Assembly: GCA_030704615.1 (NCBI GenBank)
Contig: CM060731.1
Span: 15,252,001-15,316,000, forward strand
From: Takakia lepidozioides
Taxonomy: Eukaryota > Plantae > Bryophyta
Length of the DNA stretch: 64,000 nt
Direction: 5' to 3'
How positions within the stretch are numbered: position 1 is the stretch's first letter; the number at the start of each line of letters is the position of its first letter. This document shows, one piece after another, positions 25,315 through 38,853 of the stretch. A program made the translations under genes and the position numbers. The notes under the pieces are model-generated. The model saw only the letters and a list, made by a program, of their open reading frames with translations, was not told the DNA's origin and did no database searches.

Positions 25315-28300
25315 GCATTCACCCTCTCCATGGACAGTTTGTTGGGACAGATGGAAAGGTCAAACAGGGAACATGAGGGAGAGGTTCTTGTGGGGATATA
25401 AGTAAGGGACTCAATTCTTAGGCTGTGCATGACTTCTATCAATATTGCAAGGAATTTGAAATCTGGCATAGACAATAATATGTTAGCAATCATAGAGGGT
25501 TCAAGACATCTTATTTGTTTGTGGTGAACACTTGAAGTGGAAAAACCCAACTTTGAACCTCTCTATAATGTATCATATCATAGTGTTATTAGGTGGTTGT
25601 GTTCATTTCTAGCCACCTGGAGGCTAACACTTGAAGGGTCTTGGGTCTTGTCTCACATGGTTATGTTTGTACGGTATGGGAGCAACTAGCATGATCATTT
25701 AAGAAGAGCCAGTTGATAGTGTGAAAAGTCATCTGATGCTGCATAAACTTCACTTTCTGGAGGACCACGGACCGGACATGTTTAAAAGGTTTGCGTAGGG
25801 AGGGGTATTTCTTTCCCTTGAAATTAAAGGCAGTAATGGAAGATAGTTCTGATTTGGTTGTCTGAGTCTGTCAATTGGGTGATGCAGGTGGTTGGTGGCT
25901 GAAGTACGCGATAGCCTGCCCAAGGTCAGGATCCTCACTTGTGCACCACTCTTTTGAGATATGATTGGACTCTTCTGCAAAATCAACAGAAAAATGAAGG
26001 GCCAGATGGAGAAGGGTGGGTTTGAGGATGAGAAGTGGGAGCAACAGTATGTCCAGCCTGTGCGTATGGATTCCCTGCAACAATGACAATGTTCCTCAAA
26101 ATCGGCAAATGGGAATGATGTGGCTTGCAGGAACTTGACTTCATGAATGAGGCTAGAAATTGTGAGCAGTGCGCCCAAAACTTCCTAAATCTGTCACCAC
26201 AGCTGGCTTCCCACATTGTTGTGCCACAAATATATGGGGAGTGGAGCACCTCACGTGTACTTTCCATGGAGTTCATGGAGGGTGTGGGCATCACTGATGT
26301 GGAGGCCATCACAAAGCTTGGGCTTCATCCGGCAGATGTGGCCCGCCTTGTAAGCTTTTTCTGCACTACTTTTATGCTTGCTTTCTGTGAAAGTTACTTG
26401 ATGGCTCCTTTTCTGAGGTTGATATTTGCAACTGCTATGCCCACCCTTGACAATCCATGATGCCCACACGTATGCACTTTCAGTGCATGAAGCAGCAAAA
26501 CAGTGTATGCAGTTCCAGTCGCATCAACAGAACTGTGTAACCAAGTTCTCTGTTCTCTTGTCTGCTTGTGGACCTCATGAAGTAGTATTGGTTCCTGCTA
26601 ATGGAAGTTGGCTGGTGTACTGTGTCTTCTGTAGGATACACATTCTTGAAGTGAGAATTGGCTGCATTTTGAAAGGACATGAACCTCTAGGTTGATGCAA
26701 GGGGACAGTCTTGTACATGGACAAGAGTGGTGACGTCTCTTGGTGAAGCATAAGTTTTTGGTCTTGTGTCATCCAACATCTACATCTGGACTGATGATTT
26801 TTCCATCTCTGGGTTCTCACAGATCAGCCAGACATTTGCAGAGATGATATTTTTCCATGGATTTGTGCACTGTGATCCACATGCTGCCAACATGATGGTT
26901 CAACTTATGCCTGGTTGGTCTTTTCCTCTCTCCTTTTCACTCTTACAAGGAGCAATTATCTGCCAGGGAACTAGATTGCTATAGCAAAGCGGTGTAGCAA
27001 CTTTGCTTGTCATTGCAGCAGACTTTGTCATGTGCCACTCCTGGCTCTTTACACCCTCCCCCTTCTCTCCTTCTTGTCTGTATCCCCTCTCTCTTTTGTC
27101 CCCCAGTGCAAGCTCGCCACAGCTATCAACTTTGAATCTTCCGACCCAAATTCAATTATGGCGCTGGGTCAAATTTCCACAAATGAGCTCTGAAGCCTGT
27201 GTATTGCAAAGCTCAAAGTCCAAGTTGCAAGCTCAAATGAATTGGACCATCCAGTGAACATCCCTGTCTGTCTGTTTGTCTGTCTGTCTGGTCCACAAGG
27301 CTATGGCAAACAAATGTCTTAAGAGGACATCTCTCTGTCTGTTCCGCCCAAACTGGGTGCGGGGTCTATGGCCAGCAAAGTCTTATGAGTACATTCCCTC
27401 CCTCTCAGTGTCAGTTAGGCATAAAACTTCCCTGAACTTGTTTCCAGTCTGTGACATGGATGAGGACCAAAATTGATCTGAAGGGCCTACCTACCCTCAG
27501 CACCAGACGGAAATTTAAACTCAAGGGATTCTACCTTTGAACAATACACAGATGCAGAGAGGAAAGGGAGACTGTCAATGCATGATGTGCGTGCGGCCTG
27601 AAGACATTATCCATTTTCTCATACAATGTCTGGGGTATTCTCATCAGAGAGCGACCCTCTTCAGGACCGTCAATCACCTCTGTTCGCCAACATTCAAAAT
27701 CTCAAAGCTGAGCCTAAAGCCCCCATTGTTGGGTCTAATTACTTCAGACATCAGATTGTTGCTTTTGTGAAGGGATTTCTGAGGAAATCTGGAAAGCCCA
27801 AACCAATTGTTGTACCAACGTGAGTGGAGTGTGCCTCTCACAAAGGTAGTGTCCGTTCAAATGGACAAATCGTGTCATGTCTTTCTGACTACCAGCAAAG
27901 CTCTTCATTGTTCTGCCCAAATTGGGCATGGGGTCTATGGCCACAAGGCTACCGCAAACAATGTCCTTCCCTCTCTCCTACCCTCTCTCTCTATGTGCTG
28001 AGCCTTAAGCCCTGGCCCTGTTGGGGTCTAACTATGGGGTTGCTCACACAGATTGATGCTTGTGTGAAGGGCTTTCTAGAGGATATCTGGGAAGATTGTT
28101 TATATCAAGGTAACTCACACTACTGGAGTGAGTCCCTCACAAAGGTAGCGCCTTTTCCCTATATTTCCGCCCAGACTAGGCGGGGGGTCTATGGCTAGAA
28201 GGCTACGGCAAAAAAGTCTCATGAGTGCATTCTCTCTCTCTCTCTCTCTCTCTCTCCCTTTCTCACTTTGTTATCAATATATCAGGGCCTTTGTCCCTAT

Positions 28301-31300
28301 CAATCGAAAAAAATATATAGGGTACATGCTGAGTGGGTTACAGATTTGTACCTGATTAACAGATTGTACTCATAAGACATTGTTTGCCGTAGCCTTGTGG
28401 CCATTGACCCTGCGCCCAGTTTGAACGGAACATATAGAGACAGAAACTACCTTTGTCAGGGGCTGACGCCGGTAGTATGATTTACCTTGGAATAAACAGT
28501 TGATCCGAGATTTCCAGATATCCTCCAGAAATCCCTTCACACAAGCATCAATCTGATGTGTGTGATTTGCCCAATAGCTAGACCCCAAAAGGGCCTGGGC
28601 TTTTGGCTCAGCCTCAAGATTTTCAAAGTTGTTAAACAGAGGTACAGGCACAATTTCCTTGATGGAATTGAAGAGAATGTCCCGTTGGTGAGAGTACCCA
28701 GGACAATGAATCAGGAAGTGAATATTGTCTTCAGGTTGCCCACACAACGGGCACTTACAATCCCCCTTTCCTCTCTGCGACTGTTTGTTGTTCAAAGGTA
28801 GGCTACCCGCCCTGAGTTTGAATTTCAGTCTAGTGGGGTGGGTAGACCCTTGAGGTCATCCATGACCCATGTCAGACTGGAAAGAGGTTCAGGGAAGTTT
28901 TCTGCCTAACTTCATTTTCTTCAGACAATTTCCTGGCAATAGACATGGCTTCGGAAACTTCAGCTTCTAAGCCAGATTTATCCAGCAGGGTCATGGCTAG
29001 TGGACTAAGATTCAGATCCTTGAAAATCTCTTCTACCCTTTTCCGCCAGGATTTAGCCTGTTTGACAGGGCGGTCCTGCTTCCAAGATATAGAGCCGATT
29101 AACTTAGGATATCTGGTATTAGCCATACGTTGCAGCTGACCCCACCATCTGATTTTGAATTCATCGCGTCGGGAGCTTAAGGGAGAAATGCCAAACCCAC
29201 CCCGAACAGCCACATTAGCTGTTTTGGAGCATGCTGACATGCACTCCTTGAGCACCCCGACTTGGATGGATTGAAGAGACTTAGCCTGGTTGGAGTTATC
29301 AACCCATACAGCAGATGCATACTCCAAGGCCGGCCTGATAACGCGGCAAAGCATGGTTTTTTTTACTTCAGAGTTGATCCCTCTGCAGTGGAAAAATTTA
29401 GCATGTACCTGATTGACAGAGAGAGAGAGAATGCTCATAAGACTTAGCTTGGCATAGCCTTGTCTTGTGCCCGGTCTGGGAACACAGGCACTACCTTTGT
29501 GAGGGGCTCACTCCAGTAGTGTGACTTACCTTGATCTTTTGGTGCAGTAGTGAGTCCATGCTATTTGTTGGTATGTCTGTTTGGTATTCACTTTCATGTG
29601 TCTTCTCCAGGAAACAGCAAGCAGCCACAGCTTGTGTTGTTGGACCATGGCTTGTATAAGACATTGGACCCGGACCTTCGTGCCAACTATGCTGCACTGT
29701 GGAAGGTGGGTTTTACTCTCTTGGAAGTGCTAGTTAGTGTTTGCATGTGCACTTGCAATTATACTTAGGTATCCAGGAGGTTTTGGAGAAGTATCTTGTT
29801 ATGCACCAACTTAGCATAGTGACTCGTGTTGCAAAGATACAATATGTTTTCTTTCTTTTAGTTGATGACCATACCCTCCAGATTTCACTAGAGAAAAACG
29901 GCAGTGGAGATGTATGTGCAACTCATATAGTTTACTTGGTGACAGTTGGAATCCATGAATCCATCTTTTGTAGTCAACAGCTGGAGGTTCACTGTTTCCT
30001 GGGAGTTCATTATCCAATCATTCCCTCTGTAAGGAAGTGGGAATTCAATGTAGTAAAAACAGCTGGTCACTGTTATACAGGATATAGTCAATTTGTCTCA
30101 TACTCTTAGATTGACATGAGAAGAAAGGTAATAATCAACCAAAAATTACGTTCTGCTGGAGTCACTAGACCCATCATTCCCAAGGCTTGACACCATTCTT
30201 TCTGGTTCCTTACTCTTTTTATGCTTTCTTTCTTCTGCGTCTTTCCTTGAAGTTTGGTTGTGGTGCTTGTTATGATTTTTAATCTCTTCTGTATCTTCGA
30301 TATGGCTGTCTTGGTTACCTCTCAAATTTTAGTGCAGAATTTACTAGGCCCTCACACTGGTATACACTATCCAGTCATGGTTACATTCTTTACCTGGCAC
30401 AAAGTCCTTCAGGGAGCATGAAGAAGAAGAGAGAAAGAACGCCACCTTCTCTCACCTTGCTTGCTGATAGTAAAAGAAGATCACTCCGAAGTTAATGTCT
30501 TGGAAGTAAACATAACTCCCATGTTGGAAACAGGCACTGGTGTTTGCAGATGCTGAGGGAATAAAGGAGCACAGTGTTGAATTGGGCGCCGGGAAGGATT
30601 TGTATGCACTGTTTGCAGCAGTCTTGACAATGCGCCCATGGAACAAAATTGTGGCCCAGTCCCTAGACCACCTCTCTGTGCCTGACTCACCCCAGGAGCG
30701 GGATCAGCTCCAGGTTTCATTGGCCCCCTAACCCTCTTTAACTCTTTCTGGGATGGTGGTGGTCATATACTCTCTCTCTCTCTCTCTAACCTCTCTGGCC
30801 TTAGTGTATGGCTACAAGGCTATGGCAAATGAAGTCTTATGAGTACATTCTCCACCCTTCTGCTTGCTCGAGCAATTGATTTTCCTCATTCTACTCCTCA
30901 CTCCCACCTGCTCACCATCCAAAGGTCTCTGTTTAGAAGGCTACAACAAGCAAAGTCTGGTTATTAAATGTCATTTCTTCAGATACAGGCATTCCTGTAA
31001 GGATAGAGGTGCAGGAAGCCCAGACTTTGTCTTGAAATTCCTGGGTTTCACTACTTTGGGCTTAATGTTGTTACGGTGCACTGGCTCAGAAAATTGTCTA
31101 TACCATAGTTTCTACATCTGTTGTCCCCTTTGGCTTTGGTCCTTTTCCAATGCAGACTTGGGCAAAGACCGGTGATTGTCGGTATTCTTCAGATGTGTTA
31201 GTCAGTGTGATGTTGGATCATAGCTGCATGCTAGGCCTTAAGATAGTTGGGATTTGGTTGCAGAATTATGTGTCACAATACTTCTGGGAGGTGTCAGAGC

Positions 31301-32164
31301 TATTGAGCCGGCTGCCACGTGTTGTGCTTTTGCTTTTGAAGACAAATGACTGTCTTCGGGCCGTTGATAATGCTCTGGTGGGTTTTTAGTCTCCTCAAGG
31401 ACGACAGCATGCAGAACCATCTTTGTGCACAGCTTTATTTCTCATGTGCCTGTTGAGTAGGAAATGGGTTTGCAATTACATGCGATGAACCTGTACAAGA
31501 TTCTCAAACTTGTCTTTGGTTGAGCCATGCTTCCAGATCTCCAGTTCAAAACAATGTCAACTCTCTCACAGTAAAGCGTCAAGTTCAAGTCTGTCTTTCT
31601 CCTGTAAATTAGGCATAGATCACTGTTGTCATATGGTTTCTCTCTAATGTGTTTGAAGCAATCCGTCTCATGGTCTTATTCTATAGGAGGAAAAACTGAT
31701 CTGCTTACACTGTTAGATCATGTGGATGCTGCTTCCTTGGGACCCTCCCCTCACCAACACCCCCTTCGTTCACCTCATTTCTATCGTCATCCCCCAAAAT
31801 CTAAGACCAGGGGGTGTGTTGTTGTTATCTATGGCAAGCAAGGTCTGGTGATTATACCCCTCCCTTCTCTTCCGAGGCTGGTTGCATTTGCTTAGACCTC
31901 CCTTTAGTAAAGAGCCTAACAGGACATTTGACTACAACTTTGGGTTTGTACTTGCCATTGTTACAGGGTGCTCCAGTGAACACATTTTTAATAGTTGGAA
32001 GGGCATCATCGCGGGCGGTGTCCGAGCTGCACAGAACTGGCAGGTTGTTAAAGTTTTGGAAGATGTGGGACAGGTTGGAGGTAGAGGTCCGATTATTCAG
32101 CTGGCAACTGGCTGCGTGGCTGATGAGTTTTAGACACTTACTGAAGAAAGTGGGCTTGGGTTAA
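18374..32164 (+). CDS. ADCK1: ABC1/UbiB atypical kinase, ADCK1-like, with a probable mitochondrial targeting peptide
   Basis: Exons 18374-18710, 19148-19302 (CFKNGGIYIKLGQH), 19443-19568, 20336-20431 (ASASLAQVH..VAVK), 20698-20798, 25888-25924, 26131-26349 (ELDFMNEARN), 26823-26913 (FVHCDPHAAN), 29611-29705 (LLDHGLY), 30534-30713, 31264-31377 (LLLKTNDCLRAV) and 31967-32164. All introns are GT-AG. Confidence 0.92.
22525..22770 (-). mobile_element. 3' fragment of the (CATTT)n-tailed LINE family
   Basis: (gaaat)3 tail and a 3' UTR homologous to 9389-9452. Upstream reads EMLGAYLHEAFTLR, resembling a LINE ORF2 C-terminus. Confidence 0.55.
22778..25308 (-). mobile_element. Head-to-tail stack of four 5'-truncated RTEX-like LINE copies at a (GA)n/(TC)n microsatellite
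   Basis: Copies at about 22778-22853, 22854-23263, 23268-23950 and 23956-25272. Each ends near GRGVNGHKATANN.L*-gtaca(a/t)-(TC)n. RT thumb YTYLGVEF, IRPALEYGSAIW, NVAVRGEFG, KLRAGSLPL and CCHC finger CPLCGQSEDSIHFLIHC. Host (GA)n tract at 25283-25308. Confidence 0.9.
27291..28257 (+). mobile_element. Older, diverged stack of four RTEX-like LINE 3' fragments
   Basis: After a (TCTG)n tract, fragments at about 27291-27335, 27340-27406, 27407-27990 and 27995-28257. Each ends in a version of ggccacaaggcta.ggcaaacaa.gtcttatgagtacattc(TC)n. Confidence 0.8.
28364..29403 (-). mobile_element. 5'-truncated RTEX-like LINE with a 17-bp TSD
   Basis: Same ORF2 C-terminus (ORFs 28370-28795 and 28872-29438). 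TSD tgtacctgatt(a/g)acaga at 28347-28363 and 29404-29420. Inserted at the edge of the (GA)n tail of an older copy. Confidence 0.88.
29421..29535 (-). mobile_element. Old degraded RTEX-like LINE 3' end
   Basis: (GA)n-atgctcataagac...tagccttgt...ctacctttgtgaggggct...gacttaccttgat matches the family 3' end. Confidence 0.7.
30771..30852 (+). mobile_element. RTEX-like LINE 3' remnant next to (TC)n
   Basis: (TC)n followed by tatggctacaaggctatggcaaatgaagtcttatgagtacattctc. Confidence 0.65.
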
Positions 32165-33798
32165 TTTTCCCTTCATCTTGTCCTCAAGTCCAGCCTTCTG
32201 CTTAGTCATTCTTTGAGCTTATTGAATAAATGTGTCCTTAATAAAGTGACCTGATTTCTATATCAACTTGTTGCTAGCTGCTACTTTGGGCTGCAGGAGC
32301 AACTAATTTCCATGAAAAAATTCAACAATTGCCATGAGTGATGAAAATCTGGCCATTGCAAGTAACTCGGGTTCCCCTACAGATGATCTGTCTGTGGGTT
32401 GTCGTCTGATCATGTCAAAAGTCCCATAAATGATTGTTATGATTCCTAAGTTTCTCATCAGATTACAAAGCTCTGCACTAAAATTATATTGACTATGGTC
32501 TTGGACTGAATCTTGTCCTAGCCTCCTTTCTGTGCACTGCACAACAGATGACCGTGTGGAAATCACCTCCGCTCTCAGTTTATGAGTGGGGCCGCCCTAA
32601 TCACTACTATTATACACTGCTTACAACCATGGAATACTGCAGGCATCAGGGACAATGACTGTCAGAAATATATTTCATAGTGAAAGGCATCTGTCTTTTG
32701 CAGAAGAAGAAGAGGGCTCATGTGCATTTGGACCACTTGCAGATGCTCAGATCATACCAAAAACAATATCAACTATGAAGAGCCTTCCCAAGGTACACGG
32801 ATATGGCACCTGTGGTACAGAGAATGATAGTTCCTTGTGTTCAAATTGAAAGAGTTTCTCTTTCTTGTCAAATATAAATCACCCACCCATCACTACACCC
32901 CTTCATTCTACAGTGAAAAGAATATTAACTTCATCTGACCGAGACATACCATTTTTAGGCAAAGGAAGAAGACCCACCTTGCAATGTGGCAGTCAAGATT
33001 TGAGCCCCTGGGGTAATAGTTTCTCAGTGCTCTATCCTACAGACTAGGGGTTCACTGCATCCTCCGGCAACACAAGCCGCATTTTAGAATATTGGAATAG
33101 TCTCTGTGATCGTAATCCAGAATCGCTCAAAAATTCCCTTTGCAAATTGTTCCCCAAGCATAATAATACCCCGTCTCTAGATTACATCACTCTGCCCTCG
33201 GAAGGCAAGACTCTCAAATCCGAGGGGAAAGTCCGAGGAAAAGTCCGAGGGTAATAACGTAGTACTATGAAATTTGTGAAAGGGGGCAGTACCCGCAAGG
33301 GGAAGAGGCTCTTATTTACGCTAGCTTCGGTTGGCGTCATATATATACATATATGAAAAAATGCATGCTTATTTTTTTTCCAAGGTGCAACATGTGTATG
33401 TCTACGATTTCCTCGAATTTCTTTCCAGCCAAACAAACTTCTACAGGGCTCTTCTTTATACTCTAACTTTGGCTGGCGTCATGTATATGTGTATATATAT
33501 ATAGAGGTGGTTGAATGGCCCTAGGGGCTTGGCTTGCCAAGAGGACATTCCAGAAGCCTGCAAAAGGAGAAATCATCAGCAGCCTTTTTTCGTGTTACTG
33601 AGCGAGACAGGGTAAGTAAGTAAGACGTGGGGCGGCAGGAGTGGGTGATGCTCCCTGCACACGGCAGTAAAATGTGGTCCATAAAATATATCCATCTTAC
33701 GATGTAGAAATCTAATGCTCACCATTGGTCCACCTCGAACCTCACCAGTAACTTACCGCTACTTTTACTAGTAACTCCCTGGTATGTTTCCACTGTTG

Positions 33799-34417
33799 AA
33801 CTATAGGTAGCTAACCGTGGTTGGTGAAGACCAGCTTCAGCCGCCTGCAAATTGTAATGGTACAAATACGATTGGGTCAATGTATACAAATATGTACGTA
33901 TTATGTACGTGTCGAGAGAGCAGGAGGTTCGCTACTAGGGGATTGTGTCATAATACAGGTATTGTATTATGTATGAGAGGAACCGTAGTGTATGTGGATC
34001 CGTAGATAGGGCCCTGGTGTGGCTATGGTGAGGATTCCTAGAGGGCAGGCTGAGGAGGGAGACGAGGCAGACAAACGTGTGGAGCTTCTCTGCCATCTCC
34101 CTCTTGGCAACTATAGGTAGCTAACCGTGGTTGGTGAAGACCAGCTTCAGCCGCCTCAAATTGTAATGGTACAAATACGATTGGGTCAATGTATACAAAT
34201 ATGTACGTATTATGTACGTGTCGAGAGAGCAGGAGGTTCGCTACTAGGGGATTGTGTCATAATACAGGTATTGTATTATGTATGAGAGGAACCGTAGTGT
34301 ATGTGGATCCGTAGATAGGGCCCTGGTGTGGCTATGGTGAGGATTCCTAGAGGGCAGGCTGAGGAGGGAGACGAGGCAGACAAACGTGTGGAGCTTCTCT
34401 GCCATCTCCCTCTTGGC
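33799..34417. repeat. Near-perfect tandem duplication, 310 + 309 bp
   Basis: 33799-34108 and 34109-34417 differ only by one indel that I could see (gcctgcaaa versus gcctcaaa). Confidence 0.93.
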
Positions 34418-35401
34418 ATCGCCAAAACAAGGCTTTGGATTGGAAAGGAAAACGAGGTTCCGAGAGATTGAAAATCGTCGGTAAATGGTGGAAGAATTGT
34501 CGAGTTTTGGATTTCTAAGCAGTTTCGGAATTCTGAGGCAGGGGCGGCGTGAACCTCTCTCTTTGCCAGAGGCGATTCTGGACCTCTCTTCCTGGTTTGG
34601 ATTGCAAAGACTGAACGGGGTCATACGGAGTGAAATCGTTCTGTCGTCCTGAACCGAATTTTGAGAGAATCCAACACGTGGTTATTGAGCGAGGACCCGT
34701 GTTTTTGCGGTGGCATCTCGTATTGGCCTGTGAATCTCTCGAGCCTCAATTTCAAGGGGCGGAACCATGACGGAGACTTAAAATCCTGTGAAGAATTGTA
34801 GAGGTTGGATCTCTAGAACTTGGATATTGATGAAGTTTTCGGCCTTCGCCTGCCTTGCCTTTGGCCATCCTATCCCTCCCGTCCTGTTTACTGGTGTTTC
34901 TGGTTGCTGTGTCTTTTAGCCGGATCTTGGAAGCTTGGGGGAAATCTTAGGAGGTACTGGCCAGATTCAATAATCAACAGGTCTCATCAAATCCTTCTGT
35001 CCCAGGATTCTTTACGAGAGCAGTCCTATTCCATAAGGTCAAAGCTTGTCGGATGTGTATGTGTAAAGTACTTCCAATTATTACCGTCTTTCATACTGGA
35101 AGGCCTGAGATTTTTCTTTCTTCACTGTGGCTGGATTCCCTTTGTGGCGACACTTAACCTCCGCGTATTTCCAGTACTTGTTTCCTTTTCTCGGAGATTA
35201 GTTTCCTACCTCTGTGCTTGCGTAGTCGCAACATCTCAAGTCGTTCAAGTTGATTCCAGAAAGGGGAATTCAACTGTCAGACGATTTTGTTTCACCAAAG
35301 CGCTCCTGGCAGAAGTGTCGGTGTTTATTGAGGGCGACGAGCTGGGATCACAGTCATTCCCACCAGAATCTGGGAGCGAATTGAGAGGAAATCCTGTCGC
35401 A

Positions 35402-38400
35402 ATGGCTTCTCCAAGTACAGCCTCGGTTGTACGTGAGAAATGCAGTCGCAACAAGAGAAAGTTTCGTGGCGATCTGCCATCCCCTCATGGAAGTTCCGAG
35501 GAGAATTGCGAAGGGGGGATGGACAACAGGGGGAATGATGGTGAAGGCAGCAACTGCATGCCGAATAGGTGCGCTTTGGACAATCTCAATTTGGGTACAA
35601 GTGCTGACTGCAAGTCCCTGAATGTGAAGAAGGAGGGGCCTGGAATTGTCCACAACTTGAAGCAGTGGTTTCGGTCTGGACAAGGTAGGGGTTTGCAAAC
35701 AGGCAAGTGTGATGAGGGCTCAATGACAGATGAAGGTGAGGAGGAAGAAGACAACGAATTTGAGGAGGAGGAGGAGTACGAGTGGGATGATTGTACAGAG
35801 GGTGAATTAGAGGACCTTTTGATGAAGAATCTGGAGAATCTTCATAATGATGCAATCAACAAGATTGTTGCCTGTGGCCACACAAGAGATGAGGCTCTTA
35901 GGGCAGTGCTTAAGCACGGGCGCCATTATGGTGGCAAAGATGCACTTGTCAACATTGTTGGGGATGCTTTGGGCTACTTGACTGACAATGATGAGGGATG
36001 TGATGACGACAAGCACATCTGTACTGATTTGAAAGAGTTGCAGAAACAGAGTTTATCTGACATGGTGCGGGTGCTAAGAGGCTTCCGCCCTTCTCTCAGT
36101 CGAGGTGATGCCATGTGGTGCTTGCTCATGTGTGACATGAATGTTGCACACGTATGGGATGAAGAGGATGGCACCTTACCTGCTGTCAACAAGGAGTCAG
36201 TGGCAACTTCAATCTCTTCTCCACAGTCTGGGCCTGGTCCCAGCTCCTCCCTATCCCTGTCCTCCACAAATTCCTCTCCACCCTCTCCTGGGCCAATTTC
36301 CTCATCCCCTCCCAAGTCCCCTGTATCTCCCGTATCTGCCTCTACTTCTCCTTCATATGGTGGGAGTGAGGGGGATAATCTAGGTACTTCCAGCCCAGTG
36401 AGTGCTGTCCCTTCACAAAGTAGTGGACCTGCTCTTGTTACACTGAGTTATACCAGAGCCTCTCCAACAGATCCATGGCAGCTGGTGAGTAACACTACAT
36501 CAGATATGGAGTCGTTCGGGGCTGAACAGAGGCGAAGGAGTCCTGTTCGCACTGTAGATTGTGCTCTCACAATGGGGCAGCCTGACTCTGCTCCTTTAGA
36601 TCCCTCTCTTGTTGCAGGAATGTCTCCTCCGTCGCCTCATACTGTTGAGAATGGCTTCTCAGTCGAAGACAGTGGCACAGGTCTACAAGATGTAAGAGCA
36701 GCTGCAGAAACTTCAGATAAGTCTGAGTGTGAGGATCATGGGTTGGATCCCAGCCTCTCAATCCCCTCTCCAGAAGCTGGTTTGTTGCTGCCTCAGGATA
36801 CTGCCGATGCTCTGCTAACTGCAGGTTGGTAATTTTGGGCTGATTGGCCTAGTTCCTTAGGCTTCTGTGCAAGCTTGTTTGGGTCATCCTCACTTTCATC
36901 GAGTCTGCTAGGATGCCCAACATTTTGGTTTCTTCTTAAGAGCCAGGTGTGCACTGCTTATGCCTACTTAAAGCGGTTTTATCATGCCACCATTATAATT
37001 CATTGTTCTTTTGTAACAAACTTCTATTGCAGGTGATGTAACGGATCCCACTTGTAAACTTAGTCAAGACATCCACTTTGGTGTGAGCACTCCTGGGGAA
37101 GAACTCTCCAGTTGTGATGTAGACCAGCTCGAGACAGATTTGCAGATTGGGAGTTCTTTGCAGCCTGTTTCTTTGGAAACAACCTTGGAACCTCCCACTG
37201 TGGATCAAGACACAGAGGATCTGTCAGCCAACGAGACTGGAGTTGCAGAAACAGAGCTATCATTAAGTGTACCTGCACCTTTTGATAGTTCCAGCTGCAG
37301 TGATGGAGGGTTAGAGGCATCCCAAGTGAGTACCAAAGAGCAGGTTGATATAGCCGACAACCAGAACCAGCCGCCTGAGTTGGATAATGTTGAGGAGGGG
37401 AAGGATGAAACTCTACTCAAGCTTCAGCAAAGGGTGACAGATCTTGAGACACAATTGCAGGAACGTACAGAATGGGCACAGCAAAAGGTCATGCAGGCTG
37501 CTCGACGGCTGAGCAAAGACTTGGCTGAACTGAAGGCTCTCCGAGCGGAGCGAGAAGAGGGGTTGCGACTTAAGAAAGAGCAAAAGGCACTTGAGGACAG
37601 CACAATGAAGAAGCTTACAGAAATGGAAAATGCACTGCGCAAGGCAAGTGGCCAAGTAGACCGTGCCAATACTGCAGTGCGCCGGCTGGAGCATGAGAAT
37701 GCTGAGATGCGTGCAGAGATGGAGGCTGCCAAGCTGAGTGCTGCTGAATCTGTGGCCACTTATCAAGAGGTTGCAAAACGAGAGAAGAAAGGAGTGAAAC
37801 GAGCGCAAGCTTGGGAGAGACAGAAGGCCAAATTGCAGGAGGATTTGTCAGAGGAGAGGCGCAAAGTGACTCAAATACAGCAGCAACTTGCACAAGCTAA
37901 GGAACGGCAGCAACAGGCAGAGGTGAGTTTGCACATGTGAATATGTTGGTCGCAATGTACCGTGTTGAAAATACCGTAGTCTATGTACATCCTATACACC
38001 ACAGTTCAACTTCGAGACCGAAGTTGCAGTTGGAAAACCTGGAAGAGAATTTTTCTCAGGCTGCTGATTGTCCAGGCTAGCTATGGCATGAATGGAGTAT
38101 TGAAGGCCCAAGGTAAAAATATTGCTGGGGATGTCCCAAGTTTGGTCATGCTTTTGTGGCTTAGCACATAAATGCAAGTAGGACTGTGAGCCGTGTAAAG
38201 CAGACTCTTCCTCATATGTCATGGGGGGTGCAAACCTTGTTGGTTGTTTGAGGCTTTTGACACAGGAGGATCATGCAAGAATATGTTTCAAAGCTCTGTA
38301 TCTTTTCTTCTTCTCTGCTGGTCAGGTGAGATGGAGACAAGAAGAGAAGTCCAAAGAGGAAGCTGTGTTGCGTGCAGATATGGAAAAGAGAGCTAAAGAG

Positions 38401-38853
38401 CAAGCTGAATCTGCTGCCAAGAGGCGGGAGGAGTCTTCGCGGAGGAAGGCTGAGTTAGATTTTCAGCGCCACCAGGATGACATGCAACGACTAGAACGTG
38501 AAATAGCAGGGCTTAGGGTTTCAGCAGAAGCATCCCAGCTGGCAACCTCACGCTGGGGTCCTTCGCTGATGAGCCTGGGGGACACTGGTGGTGGACTAGG
38601 GCTAAAGGAGTTGAATGCTCGGCTGCTGCGGGAGGTTGCAGATCTACAGGATTCAACTCACAGAGACATTCGCCGTGACCGGGAGTGTGTGATGTGCATG
38701 TGTGAGGAGATGTCAGTAGTTTTCTTGCCGTGTGCCCACCAGGTGATCTGTACAAAGTGCAATGATCTCCACGAGAAGCAGGGGATGCGAGACTGTCCTT
38801 CTTGTCGAACACCAATCCAGCAGCGGATTCGAGTCTATGGTGTTAGTTCCTAG
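35402..38853 (+). CDS. RF298: RF298/RF4 (PIR2)-like C3HC4 RING E3 ubiquitin ligase, about 946 aa
   Basis: Exons 35402-36824, 37033-37922 and 38326-38853, phase-consistent. Motifs SRNKRKFR, WDDCTEGELEDLLMKNL, RPSLSRGDAMWCLLMCDMNV, EWAQQKVMQAARRLSKD coiled coil, and RING RECVMCMCEEMSVVFLPCAHQVICTKCNDLHEKQGMRDCPSCRTPI. Confidence 0.92.

Noticed and set aside
34820-35401. 194-codon in-frame extension of the RING ligase ORF
   Set aside because: It starts at TTG with no ATG, has UTR/intron-like composition, and family similarity begins only at ATG 35402.
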